Below are positions 1 through 8,985 of a stretch of 37,239 bases of DNA, one piece after another. The stretch lies in contig JAHJRJ010000003.1 of assembly GCA_018830765.1 (NCBI GenBank), positions 1-37,239 of the forward strand, given 5' to 3'. Below the pieces are notes generated by a model. The model had not been told where the DNA came from, did no database searches, and saw nothing but the letters and a program-made list of their open reading frames with translations. A program made the translations under genes and the position numbers. The number at the start of each line of letters is the position of its first letter. Positions within the stretch are counted from its first letter, which is position 1. Origin of the DNA: Bacteroidota bacterium (GTDB lineage Bacteria; Bacteroidota; Ignavibacteria; UBA10030; BY39).

Positions 1-111
1 CATTCAAAAATCAATTTGCAAAATCAGAGAGTTAACAGTGAACTTCAAATTCTTAAATATCTAAACGGAAATATTATTAAAATCGGAGAAGTAAGCGTTA
101 GCGGTAATTAA
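1..111 (+). CDS. 3' end of an upstream gene entering the window (product unknown)
   Basis: Frame 1 is open from base 1 to TAA at 109-111 (...LNGNIIKIGEVSVSGN*). No start in the window and no recognisable motif. Confidence 0.3.
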   Translation, partial: HSKINLQNQRVNSELQILKYLNGNIIKIGEVSVSGN

Positions 112-135
112 TCCTAAAATATCAAAGGAGTTTAC

Positions 136-861
136 ATGAATGCTCAGAATTCAGTGAAGAAGGTGGGGGAACCTTCGCAGTACCACAGTAAGATTACCGA
201 ATGGCCTGAGGCGGAAAGGCCGAGAGAAAAATTGTTGAAGTACGGCGCTCAAGCGCTTACCGATGCAGAATTGATTGCGATATTAATCAGGTCTGGAACC
301 GGGAAAATAACTGCGGTGGATATTGCAAAAACTATGTTGAAAGATTATGATACCATTGGCAGGTTGGTAACACGATCGGTTGCCGATATTAAAAAATATA
401 AAGGTATCGGAAATACAAAAGCCGTAACATTAGCGGCGGCTTTTGAAATCGGAAGACGGGCGGCTATCTCAAGCGCCGAAAAGAAATATAAAATAACATC
501 ACCCACTGACGTTGCAAACAGATTTATTCCGCTGATGCGTGATTTAAGGCAGGAAGTATTTAAGACTTTATTGCTCGACAGCTCAAATAATTTATTGAAA
601 GAAGTTGAAATAACGAGAGGAACGTTGAATTCTTCACTGGTGCATCCACGCGAGGTGTTTAATGCGGCGATAATAGAGCCGGCTGCAGCAATTATACTGT
701 TACATAACCATCCTTCAGGTAATCCAGAACCGAGTTCCGAGGATATTCAGATAACCCGGCAATTGGTCGAAGCCAGCAAAATTATAGGAATTCCGATACA
801 CGATCATATAATTTTAGCAGGAAATTCGTTCACAAGTTTCGCAGAAAAGGGAATTTTATAG
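136..861 (+). CDS. radC: RadC-like JAMM-domain protein (UPF0758)
   Basis: N-terminal HhH-like segment (LTDAELIAILIRSGT) and C-terminal JAMM motif (LLHNHPSGNPEPSSEDIQIT). SD AAAGGAG sits 7 nt upstream of the ATG. Confidence 0.9.
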   Translation: MNAQNSVKKVGEPSQYHSKITEWPEAERPREKLLKYGAQALTDAELIAILIRSGTGKITAVDIAKTMLKDYDTIGRLVTRSVADIKKYKGIGNTKAVTLAAAFEIGRRAAISSAEKKYKITSPTDVANRFIPLMRDLRQEVFKTLLLDSSNNLLKEVEITRGTLNSSLVHPREVFNAAIIEPAAAIILLHNHPSGNPEPSSEDIQITRQLVEASKIIGIPIHDHIILAGNSFTSFAEKGIL

Positions 862-898
862 TTATTCTAATAAATTTTTAAAATATCTCAAAAAATAC

Positions 899-927
899 TT
901 GACAAATACATTTTAATTTGCTATAAT
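899..927 (+). promoter_or_regulatory. Consensus sigma-70 promoter (TTGACA-17 nt-TATAAT)
   Basis: TTGACA at 899-904, an exact 17-nt spacer, TATAAT at 922-927. It lies about 65 nt upstream of the lipoprotein ATG at 993. Confidence 0.7.
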
Positions 928-992
928 AGAACACGAAAGTACAAAATCTAACGAATAAACTCGTATAATGAATAACCAAAATAGGAGGTATC

Positions 993-1262
993 ATGTTAAA
1001 ACTGAACAGTAGAATCATCACGATGGTTGCAGTTGTTGCTTTTTCAGCTTCTCTATTTTTTATGGGATGCACAAGCAGACCTTCGGAAGACGAACTCCGG
1101 CAGCTAAACGATTTAAAAGCAGAAGTTGCATCATTGGAGAAACAAATTGCTGACAAAGAAAAAGAGAAGGCAAATTTAGAGAATGAGGTGGCCGAAAAAA
1201 ATGCCAAGCTTCAACAGTGTCAAAGCGACATGGACGCTGTTAAGAAAGCATTAGGTCAATAA
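993..1262 (+). CDS. Small coiled-coil lipoprotein (Lpp-like in architecture)
   Basis: Signal peptide with lipobox FFMGC followed by a heptad-rich helix (LRQLNDLKAEVASLEKQIADKEKEKANLENEVAEKNAKLQQ). SD AGGAGG precedes the start. Confidence 0.75.
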   Translation: MLKLNSRIITMVAVVAFSASLFFMGCTSRPSEDELRQLNDLKAEVASLEKQIADKEKEKANLENEVAEKNAKLQQCQSDMDAVKKALGQ

Positions 1263-1307
1263 CCATTAATCTCAACAAAAATCTAAATTGAAAAAGGAGA
1301 TACTGCA

Positions 1308-2057
1308 ATGAAATCAAAATTATTAATGATATTAATCGTAGCAATATTACTCGTGATTGATATGCCGAGTGTATTAGCTCAAGAGATGACTAAAGAACAA
1401 TGGCAGCAAGAAATGAGTCAATTTACTGCTAAGCGAAACGACTTAAAATCAAAATTAGATAAGTTAAATGCCGATATTAAGTCTCTACAAGACCAATCCC
1501 AAAAATTAGATGGCGATTTGCAAGCATGCATGGACGAAAAGCTGGAACTGTTAGGTGTAACACAAGCCGAATATGATGCCTTCTTCGAAGAACTTGCTCG
1601 ATACGAAAGTAGAGTCAGCGAATTGATGAAAATGTCGGATGAAGAACTTTTAAAATATCGGCAAGAAGTCGAAAATATGAATAAGAGAGTTGCGGAAATG
1701 GCAAAGCATAAAATCGCAATGGTTCCACGCCAGGGGGATAGAATAAAGAGATTGCAGGAAAATATTGCAAGCCTTATGCTCACCTTAGGAAAATCAAAAA
1801 CATACACGGTCGGTACGTGGGCAAAAGATCGCGACTGTTTGTGGAACATCGCAAAGAAGAAAGATATCTACAACAACGCTTGGTTATGGCCTAAAATCTG
1901 GCAAGGCAATCGCGATAAGATAAAGAACCCCGACGTTATTAAACCAAAGTGGGTTTTGAAAATACCACATGGCACAGAGTTAACAAAGGAAGAGAAGTCG
2001 GCTGCTAATTCATACTACAAAAAGAAAGCAGCACCACCGGCAGCTCCGGGTCAATAA
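1308..2057 (+). CDS. Secreted coiled-coil protein with C-terminal LysM-like peptidoglycan-binding domain
   Basis: Signal peptide (..VLAQE) and a long coiled-coil. YgaU-type LysM pattern: YTVGTW..DCLWNIAKKKDIYNNAWLWPKIWQGNRDKIKNPDVIKPKWVLKIP. SD AAGGAGA. Confidence 0.8.
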   Translation: MKSKLLMILIVAILLVIDMPSVLAQEMTKEQWQQEMSQFTAKRNDLKSKLDKLNADIKSLQDQSQKLDGDLQACMDEKLELLGVTQAEYDAFFEELARYESRVSELMKMSDEELLKYRQEVENMNKRVAEMAKHKIAMVPRQGDRIKRLQENIASLMLTLGKSKTYTVGTWAKDRDCLWNIAKKKDIYNNAWLWPKIWQGNRDKIKNPDVIKPKWVLKIPHGTELTKEEKSAANSYYKKKAAPPAAPGQ

Positions 2058-2111
2058 TTAGAGCGTCATCAAACTTTAAGTTTGAAAATCAGTAAGTTTT
2101 ATATATTAATG

Positions 2112-2149
2112 AAGCCCTTTTCATACAACGGTGAAGAGGGCTTTTTTTA
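2112..2149 (+). terminator. Rho-independent terminator
   Basis: AAGCCCTTTTC (2112-2122) pairs with GTGAAGAGGGCTT (2131-2143) and is followed by a T7 run. Confidence 0.7.
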
Positions 2150-2180
2150 TTAAAAATTAAAAGAAAGGGAACGACGTTCA

Positions 2181-3197
2181 TTGGTTGAAAAAAAAATAAA
2201 AGCTGAAGGTATCGAGATGCTCAGACTTTTAGGTTTGAACGATGCAAACCTTCAGGTAATTGAAAACAGATTCGATGCGAACATCGTTGTTCGCGGAGAC
2301 AGTATAAATATAAAGGGAGATGAAGTACAAGTCGATCAAATAGAAAAAATATTTAAGGAACTCATCTATATACTAAATAAAAATGGGTCGCTTTCTACAA
2401 ACGATGTTGGAACTGTAATAGATTTGGTTCTCGTTAACGGCGAAGCTGCCTTACCTAAAACAATTACGCAACAATTCTCTGAAACAGAGCTCGATTCGGC
2501 GGTTCTGTATACACGAAACGGAATAATTCGCGCACGCACTCCGGGTCAGCGTGAATACGTCCGGCAAATTAGAAAAAACGACATAGTTTTTGCAATCGGT
2601 CCTGCGGGCACGGGTAAAACTTATCTTGCTGTTGCCGCCGCTGTTGCCGCTTTGAAGAACCAAGAGATAATGAAAATAATCCTAGCACGGCCGGCGGTTG
2701 AAGCGGGTGAAAGCTTGGGATTTTTACCCGGCGATTTAAAGGAAAAAGTCGACCCTTACTTGCGACCGCTGTATGATGCACTCGACGACATGATTCCTTC
2801 CGAAAAACTAAAAAGTTACATCGAAAAAAAAGTAATTGAAGTAGTTCCTCTTGCCTATATGCGCGGAAGAACGCTGAACAATGCATTCGTAATACTCGAC
2901 GAAGCTCAAAATGCAACGAGTATGCAGATGAAAATGTTTTTAACGAGGCTCGGTGGAAATTCGAAAGCGATAATAACCGGTGATATTACACAAATTGACC
3001 TTCCCGGTAAAACAATTTCGGGATTGGTTCAGATACAAGAGATACTACGGAGTGTTGACGGAGTGAAGTTCTGTTATTTCGATAGAAACGATGTTGTGCG
3101 CCATAAGTTGGTGAAGGATATTATTGATGCATACGATAAGTACCACACGAACGGGAGGAATGGGACTGAGAATAAACCGGAAGACAGAAGTAAATAA
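2181..3197 (+). CDS. phoH: PhoH-like ATPase
   Basis: Walker A GPAGTGKTYLAVAAAV, Walker B FVILDEAQN, and the PhoH C-terminal pattern ITGDITQIDLP. The track start is TTG; an ATG at codon 13 is an alternative start. Confidence 0.9.
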   Translation: MVEKKIKAEGIEMLRLLGLNDANLQVIENRFDANIVVRGDSINIKGDEVQVDQIEKIFKELIYILNKNGSLSTNDVGTVIDLVLVNGEAALPKTITQQFSETELDSAVLYTRNGIIRARTPGQREYVRQIRKNDIVFAIGPAGTGKTYLAVAAAVAALKNQEIMKIILARPAVEAGESLGFLPGDLKEKVDPYLRPLYDALDDMIPSEKLKSYIEKKVIEVVPLAYMRGRTLNNAFVILDEAQNATSMQMKMFLTRLGGNSKAIITGDITQIDLPGKTISGLVQIQEILRSVDGVKFCYFDRNDVVRHKLVKDIIDAYDKYHTNGRNGTENKPEDRSK

Positions 3198-3426
3198 AAT
3201 TATTCGTAGAAGCCGACCCGCCTGCCCAATTAACGGGCGAGCTACGGGCAGGTCACCAGATTAGCTTTCAGAGTACTTCTGCATAAAATGCACCAACGGA
3301 ATTCCGAGGTCTTTCTTTGCCATAACTTTATAAAGCATCAAAATTCTTGCTTTGATTCGACAATTGATAAGAAGTTTTTTAGCTTTCATGTGTACAATTT
3401 TATGATAATTAGCTTAAGGTGAGAAA

Positions 3427-3672
3427 ATGTTAACAGCATACATTCAGGCAGCGATGAAGCGGGCGCATTACGAAATCCTTGATGATAATGAAGGATATTA
3501 CGGAGAAATTCCCGGGTTTCAAGGCGTATGGGCAAATGCAGCAACCCTCGAAGAATGCAGACAGGAACTTCAAGAGACGCTCGAAGATTGGATTCTTTTT
3601 GGTGTACGTTTAGGACACACTCTTCCAGTGGTTGAAGGTATAAAATTAGAAATAGTTAAAGAGGCAATATAG
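3427..3672 (+). CDS. hicB: HicB-family antitoxin (UPF0150-like)
   Basis: 81 aa with the pattern YYGEIPGFQGVWANAATLEECRQELQETLEDW, typical of short HicB antitoxins. The stop overlaps the start of the downstream HicA-like remnant by 1 nt. Confidence 0.7.
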   Translation: MLTAYIQAAMKRAHYEILDDNEGYYGEIPGFQGVWANAATLEECRQELQETLEDWILFGVRLGHTLPVVEGIKLEIVKEAI

Positions 3673-3852
3673 TGCCGGTGTTTGGACCTATATCGAGAAA
3701 AAATCTTATTCGATTTTTACAGCATCTGGGTTTTCAAGGTCCTTTTTCCGGCGGCAAACATGAATTTATGTTGAAAGGATATAGGTAAAAATCTCTTGTT
3801 GAAGATTCTTTGACAAGCAAATATAGATAAAAGTGAATGGGAAAAATTATGA
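3672..3852 (+). pseudogene. hicA: Decayed HicA-family toxin gene
   Basis: GTG at 3672 opens VPVFGPISRKNLIRFLQHLGFQGPFSGGKHEFMLKGYR*, a HicA N-terminal half that stops at 3786-3788. A C-terminal remnant lies in another frame at 3805-3852 (IL*QANIDKSEWEKL*) with an in-frame TGA. The middle section appears deleted. Confidence 0.6.
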
Positions 3853-3935
3853 GAAGGAGGATGTTATGGTTATAGAGGCTTTATGGTCGAAAATGAAAAG
3901 GGCTGACCAGGAGACTGTAAAATAATTTGTATTAG

Positions 3936-4706
3936 CTAACTTTTGGTTTTTGCTTCCTCCCACAACTTATCCATTTCTTCTAAGGAAGAAGAATGAATGT
4001 CCTTTCCCATATCACTCAATTTTCGTTCGATGTACTGGAATCGCGTGATAAATTTTTCTACAGTATGTCGTAAGGCAATTTCGGGATTTACATTTATGAA
4101 GCGCGAGTAATTGACCATTGCAAATAATAAGTCCCCAAATTCAGATTCAACTTCGGCTTGTTTACCTGATTCAATTGCTCTATGCAACTCGTGCATTTCC
4201 TCATCGACTTTTTTCCATGCCTGTTCTTTTTTCTCCCAATCAAATCCAACTTTCGATGCTTTATCTTGAAGGCGGTGTGCGCGAAGTAATGCAGGTAATT
4301 CTTTTGGAACTCCCTCCATCAGCGAATTTCTTCCTTCCGTAAGTTTAATTTTCTCCCAATTAGAGATCACTTGTTTAGACCCGCTTACTTCTACCTCACC
4401 GAAAACGTGTGGATGCCTCCTAATTAACTTTTCGGTAATTCCGTCGATTACGTCGTTCAAGGTAAATTCATTCGACTGTTCGGCTATGGAAGCATGAAAA
4501 ACTACGTGTAAAAGTATATCGCCTAACTCCTTTTTTAATTCGTCGTTATCGTTATCGTCGATGGCTTCTACAACCTCATATGTTTCTTCGATCAAACTAT
4601 GGCGAATTGATTTATGAGTTTGTTCTCTATCCCACGGGCATTCACGTCTTAATCTATTAACTATATTGACGAATTTTTCAAAATTCGATGCGTATTCTTG
4701 GGTCAT
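3936..4706 (-). CDS. mazG: MazG nucleoside triphosphate pyrophosphohydrolase (tandem MazG domains)
   Basis: LRRECPWDREQTH, EETYEVVEAI, ELGDILLHVVFHA, and a second-domain EExxE motif. The ORF extends to 4736, but the ATG at 4706 gives the usual spacing of about 20 aa before CPWD. Confidence 0.88.
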   Translation of the reverse strand: MTQEYASNFEKFVNIVNRLRRECPWDREQTHKSIRHSLIEETYEVVEAIDDNDNDELKKELGDILLHVVFHASIAEQSNEFTLNDVIDGITEKLIRRHPHVFGEVEVSGSKQVISNWEKIKLTEGRNSLMEGVPKELPALLRAHRLQDKASKVGFDWEKKEQAWKKVDEEMHELHRAIESGKQAEVESEFGDLLFAMVNYSRFINVNPEIALRHTVEKFITRFQYIERKLSDMGKDIHSSSLEEMDKLWEEAKTKS

Positions 4707-4751
4707 AATTTTTTTATAAACATAGTAAAAGGACATTAGAAAATCAATTAC

Positions 4752-4780
4752 TTGATTTTCTAAAGGGGTTTCTCTATATT
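4752..4780 (+). promoter_or_regulatory. Candidate sigma-70 promoter for the two-component operon
   Basis: TTGATT (4752-4757), 17-nt spacer, TATATT (4775-4780), about 30 nt upstream of the ATG at 4810. Confidence 0.4.
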
Positions 4781-4809
4781 TTCATAGAAACGTATTTAGA
4801 GAATAATAA

Positions 4810-5190
4810 ATGAACGCAAATAAGCTTCGAAAAATACTACTCGTAGATGACGAAGTCGGGTTTGCGGAAATATTACGCGAACTGCTCGTGATGGACGGTT
4901 ATGAGGTTGTTCTAGTTTATGACGGTCAGGAAGCTATAGAACAACTAAATGTTTTTGTACCGGATTTAATTATAGCCGACGTAATGATGCCGCAGATTGG
5001 GGGGCTTGAACTCTATCACAGGATACGACAAAACCCCACTTTCTCAAAAGTTCCTTTCCTTTTTATCAGCGGTTTTGAAGATAGTCGGATTCTTAAAGAT
5101 ATCCACGACGATGAACTTTTCGGAATTCTCAGTAAACCGATAGGTATAGAACAAATTCAAAAATCGCTGGCAAAAATTTTCCGCGATTAA
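4810..5190 (+). CDS. Single-domain response regulator (CheY-like receiver)
   Basis: LLVDDE ... phospho-acceptor context LIIADVMMP ... FISG ... K; 126 aa with no output domain. Confidence 0.9.
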   Translation: MNANKLRKILLVDDEVGFAEILRELLVMDGYEVVLVYDGQEAIEQLNVFVPDLIIADVMMPQIGGLELYHRIRQNPTFSKVPFLFISGFEDSRILKDIHDDELFGILSKPIGIEQIQKSLAKIFRD

Positions 5191-5200
5191 TTATTAAACG

Positions 5201-7054
5201 ATGGAAATACCATTCTACAATAGTCTCCGCTTCAAACTCTCGGCCGGTTACTTCATTTTAGTCGGGATCAGTATTTTTATTACAATTTGGGCTATAATTA
5301 ATTTTAACAGACTCGGCAGCTCGGTTGACAGGATAATACGAGAAAATTATTTAAGTGTCGTTGCTGCTGAAAATATGGCTCGTTCACTTGAAGTAGAAGA
5401 TAATGCGCTAACTGCACTAATTACTTACCAGACTAAAAAAGACTTGGACATCTATAATCAAACTAAATTAGAATTTTTCCAGTGGCACCAAAAGGCACTC
5501 GATCGCGTTGTAAAAGAACAGCAGCGAACTTTGTTGGATACGATCCGGCTTCAACACAGAATATACTCAGAGTTAGGCGACACGCTGCTGATGTTTATAT
5601 TCGATCCGCAACTTAATCAAATTGCTAGGACGTATCACTTTAACGAAATTCGTCCCGTTAACCAAAATCTAAAACAATATTGTTTTCGATTGATAGATTT
5701 TAACCAGCAAGAGATGTTTGAATTAGACAAACGTGCAAGGCAAATATCGAGCGAGGCAAGCTACGCGGTTTTGATAGCGTCACTTATCGCTGTGGCGCTG
5801 AGCATTATCGCCAGTGTCCAATTTACACGCTCGTTTGTAGAGCCTGCCGAACGTCTCACGGAAACTGTGCGAAAAATTGGGTTAGGACGGCTCGACCTTA
5901 AAACCGATATTATTTCGAACGATGAATTCGGCGAGTTAAGTCGTGAATTCAACAAGATGACTGAAAGGTTGAGAAAATTCGAAGCATTGAACGTAGAGAA
6001 ATTGTTAGAAGAAAAACAAAAGTCAGAAACGATAGTTCATAATATTTCCGATGCAATCGTGGTTTCCGACAAGAACAACAAAGTTATTTTAATAAACGAT
6101 GCCGCCCGCCGACTCTTTAAAATCAAAACTCCGAATGTTGAAGGATTCGACATCCGCTCGATAATAAAGGACGAACGTGTTATAGATATACTTTTAAATC
6201 CGCGGACCGAAAAATATTTGCAACAGCCGTTCTTGCTCTTCCAAGCGGATAATCAACCCGTGTATATACGACCTCGAATATCCGAAATACCGCTCACTGG
6301 GAACGAGACTTTAGGAACTGTTTTAATTCTGCAAGATGTTACGCAATTTAAACAATTGGATAGAATGAAATCGGAATTCATGGCAACAGTCTCTCACGAA
6401 TTCAGAACGCCTTTAACTTCAATCAACATGAGTATTGATTTATTGAATCAAGGTATACTTGGCAGTATGAATAAAGATCAGCAGGACTTGCTGCAATCAG
6501 CGAAGCAAGATGCGGATAGATTAACAAAATTGGTTCGCGAATTATTGGAATTATCAAAACTCGAATCAGGAAAATTACAATTACGAAACGAACCCGTATC
6601 TCTCAATCAAGTCATAACAGATACTGTAAAACATATCCAATTACCGTTTAAAGAAAAATCTGTCGAGTTAAAGTTGAAACTTGCCGGAGACCTTCCCAAC
6701 GTCAACGCCGACTCTCAACAATTAGGTTGGGTAGTTAGTAATTTGGTTACGAATGCTCTTCGTTACACTCCCAAAGGTGGGACGGTTGAAGTAATCACTT
6801 CAAAAGAAGACAGCTACATAATTGTTAAAGTGAAAGATAGCGGGAGGGGAATTCCATGTGAGTTTTTAAATCAGATTTTCGATAAATTTACTCAAGTAAA
6901 ACAAGTCTCGGAAAGTACACCAGGCAGCGTAGGATTGGGACTTGCGATTGCAAAAGAAGTCGTAGAGATGTACGGCGGAAGAATTTGGGCTGAAAGCGAA
7001 ATAGACGAGGGAAGCACATTTATATTTACAATTCCTATAGAAACCAAAATATAA
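5201..7054 (+). CDS. Membrane sensor histidine kinase (2 TM, HAMP, PAS-like, HisKA, HATPase_c)
   Basis: H-box SHEFRTPLTS, N-box VVSNLVTNALRYTP, G-boxes DSGRGIP and GSVGLGLAI. HAMP-like segment after the second TM helix. Confidence 0.9.
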   Translation: MEIPFYNSLRFKLSAGYFILVGISIFITIWAIINFNRLGSSVDRIIRENYLSVVAAENMARSLEVEDNALTALITYQTKKDLDIYNQTKLEFFQWHQKALDRVVKEQQRTLLDTIRLQHRIYSELGDTLLMFIFDPQLNQIARTYHFNEIRPVNQNLKQYCFRLIDFNQQEMFELDKRARQISSEASYAVLIASLIAVALSIIASVQFTRSFVEPAERLTETVRKIGLGRLDLKTDIISNDEFGELSREFNKMTERLRKFEALNVEKLLEEKQKSETIVHNISDAIVVSDKNNKVILINDAARRLFKIKTPNVEGFDIRSIIKDERVIDILLNPRTEKYLQQPFLLFQADNQPVYIRPRISEIPLTGNETLGTVLILQDVTQFKQLDRMKSEFMATVSHEFRTPLTSINMSIDLLNQGILGSMNKDQQDLLQSAKQDADRLTKLVRELLELSKLESGKLQLRNEPVSLNQVITDTVKHIQLPFKEKSVELKLKLAGDLPNVNADSQQLGWVVSNLVTNALRYTPKGGTVEVITSKEDSYIIVKVKDSGRGIPCEFLNQIFDKFTQVKQVSESTPGSVGLGLAIAKEVVEMYGGRIWAESEIDEGSTFIFTIPIETKI

Positions 7055-7061
7055 AAATACA

Positions 7062-8387
7062 ATGACACCACGTGGAACGATACTCGTAGTTGACGACGAA
7101 CCTAATATTCTTAAAACAGTAAAAATTTACCTCGAATCGGTAGGTTTCGAAGTAACATCATTTTTAAATCCTGTTGATGCGAGCGTGTGTTTAAATGAGA
7201 AAGATTTCGATATCGCTTTCTTCGATTTGAAGATGACGCCGATAGACGGAATGCAACTCTTAAAAGAGTGCAAGCAGAAATCACCCGACACGACAGTCGT
7301 CATCATCACCGCTCACGGCTCTATCGATAGTGCGGTAGAAGCGATTAAAGCCGGAGCGGAAGATTTTTTACAGAAACCGTTTAATATGCAAGAGTTCCAA
7401 TTATTTACAGAACGCATTAATGAGCACCACCGTCTAAAGAAAGAAGTAAAGGAACTCAAACAAAAACTTGAAGAAACAAAACACGAACCCGAATTTGTTA
7501 CACGAAGTCCGTCGGTTCTGAAACAACTCGATTTAGCCCGTCAGATTGCCGACTCAAATCTCAGTGTATTGATTGAAGGAGAGAGTGGAACCGGTAAAGA
7601 AATGATGGCTCAATTTATCCACAATCATAGTTCTCGAAGAAATGCGCCGTTCATAAAAGTTAGTTGTGCTGCTTTACCGGAGACCTTACTTGAGAGCGAA
7701 TTATTCGGGCATATTAAGGGATCGTTCACCGGCGCCATAAAGGATCGTGAGGGGAGGTTCGAGGCGGCTGACAAGGGAACGATATTATTAGATGAGATTG
7801 GAGAACTTCCGCAAGCAGTGCAAGTAAAATTATTACGCTTTTTACAAAGCAAAGAATTCGAACGTATCGGCGAAAATGTTACTCGTAAAGTAGATGTGCG
7901 GGTGATAGCGGCGACAAACCGGAAGTTAGTTGATGCAATTAAAAACGGCGCCGTGAGAGAAGATTTATATTACCGGTTGAATGCGGTTCGAATTGAATTG
8001 CTTCCATTGCGTGAACGCCCCGAAGATGTACTCATTTTAATACAACACTTTATTAAAAAATATTCACAAAACAGAAATATTGAAACCTCTATAGAAGCAC
8101 TTAAGTTGCTGACTAAATACCGCTGGCCCGGAAATGTAAGAGAAATGGAAAATGTAATTGAAAGGGGGGTGGTTTTTGCCAAAGATGGAATTATTAAAAC
8201 TGAATATTTACCTGAAGAGATTCAAAAAGTGATTGAAAATAAATATGGTATTCTTTCTTTAGAAGAGATGGAAATTCGACATATAAAACGCGTGCTCGGC
8301 GTAGCTGCCGACCTCGATGAAGCAGCTCTTCTATTAAACATCGACCCTGCAACACTCTGGAGGAAGAGAAAGAAATACAACCTTTAG
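7062..8387 (+). CDS. Sigma-54-dependent response regulator (NtrC family enhancer-binding protein)
   Basis: Receiver domain (VVDDE..FFDLKMTP), AAA+ Walker A GESGTGKE, GAFTGA-type loop GSFTGA, Walker B LLDEIGE, C-terminal Fis-type HTH (AAALLLNIDPATLWRKRKKY). Confidence 0.92.
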   Translation: MTPRGTILVVDDEPNILKTVKIYLESVGFEVTSFLNPVDASVCLNEKDFDIAFFDLKMTPIDGMQLLKECKQKSPDTTVVIITAHGSIDSAVEAIKAGAEDFLQKPFNMQEFQLFTERINEHHRLKKEVKELKQKLEETKHEPEFVTRSPSVLKQLDLARQIADSNLSVLIEGESGTGKEMMAQFIHNHSSRRNAPFIKVSCAALPETLLESELFGHIKGSFTGAIKDREGRFEAADKGTILLDEIGELPQAVQVKLLRFLQSKEFERIGENVTRKVDVRVIAATNRKLVDAIKNGAVREDLYYRLNAVRIELLPLRERPEDVLILIQHFIKKYSQNRNIETSIEALKLLTKYRWPGNVREMENVIERGVVFAKDGIIKTEYLPEEIQKVIENKYGILSLEEMEIRHIKRVLGVAADLDEAALLLNIDPATLWRKRKKYNL

Positions 8388-8391
8388 AGTA

Positions 8392-8473
8392 TTGCATTTT
8401 GCAATTTGCTATAATTTCTTATTTTTCAATATATTATGAAAGTTTTCTGAATATTATGCAAAATTATCTTGCA
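8392..8473. promoter_or_regulatory. Two TGCAA/TTGCA dyads (candidate enhancer-binding sites)
   Basis: TTGCA-TTT-TGCAA at 8392-8404 and TGCAA-N7-TTGCA at 8457-8473, lying 80-160 bp upstream of the -24/-12 promoter. Confidence 0.4.
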
Positions 8474-8553
8474 TTATACAATTTTTGATTCTGGATAGGT
8501 TCCTTAAATTAATCAAAAACATCATGTATTGTTAATTTTTATTTCGTATTTGC

Positions 8554-8569
8554 TGGCACTCGGTTTGCA
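8554..8569 (+). promoter_or_regulatory. Sigma-54 (-24/-12) promoter
   Basis: TGGCAC-tcggt-TTGCA is an exact match to the TGGCAC-N5-TTGCW consensus. It sits 33 nt upstream of the STAS gene ATG and directly downstream of the sigma-54 activator gene. Confidence 0.75.
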
Positions 8570-8601
8570 GTATATGGATATAGATAAATAATTATTATAT
8601 A

Positions 8602-8967
8602 ATGAAAACACGAACAATAAATGACGGTGCAGTAGGAATAATCGAGGTTAAATCTTCGTTAATAAATGAAGAGGAGATTGCCTTGTTAAAGGATGCAGTT
8701 TCGGATTTTATTGAACAGGGTATCAAAAGAGTCATAATCGATTTGAGTAAAGTCAATTTAATAAACAGTATCGGAATTGGTGCTTTAATATCCGCTTATA
8801 CAAATTTTTCTCGGAACGGAGGAGAAATTTTATTAAGTGGTGTGAATAAATCGATAAAAAATATATTTATAATAACTAAATTAAGTACAGTTTTTGAAAT
8901 CTACGATAAAACTGAAGAAGCAATAAACAAATTTCAATTAACTAAAATCAATAAAATAATCAATTAA
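8602..8967 (+). CDS. STAS-domain protein (anti-sigma-factor antagonist family)
   Basis: 121 aa with a SpoIIAA-like layout. The conserved phosphorylatable-Ser context is LINSIGIGALI; the protein ends FEIYDKTEEAI. Confidence 0.8.
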   Translation: MKTRTINDGAVGIIEVKSSLINEEEIALLKDAVSDFIEQGIKRVIIDLSKVNLINSIGIGALISAYTNFSRNGGEILLSGVNKSIKNIFIITKLSTVFEIYDKTEEAINKFQLTKINKIIN

Positions 8968-8985
8968 TATTTTAAGGAGTAAAAA

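Noticed and set aside
878-1207. 109-aa minus-strand ORF overlapping the promoter and the lipoprotein gene
   Set aside because: It is antisense to a well-supported gene with SD and a consensus promoter. It has low-complexity S/F-rich composition typical of a shadow ORF.
1418-1849. 143-aa minus-strand ORF, plus similar antisense ORFs at 2569-2916, 10292-10717, 11210-11611, 26900-27214, 29606-29911 and 34031-34294
   Set aside because: All lie entirely inside strongly supported genes on the opposite strand. They have no motifs, no SD, and biased composition. I treat them as shadow ORFs.
3261-3389. 42-codon minus-strand ORF (MKAKKLLINCRIKARILMLYKVMAKKDLGIPLVHFMQKYSES) next to hicB
   Set aside because: It is too short and has no motif I can assign. 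It could be a gene remnant in the degraded islet, but coding status cannot be supported from sequence alone.
3853-3925. 19-codon ORF with an AGGAGG-like site after the hicA remnant
   Set aside because: It is too short to support, and it lies in a decayed region where residual SD-like strings are expected.
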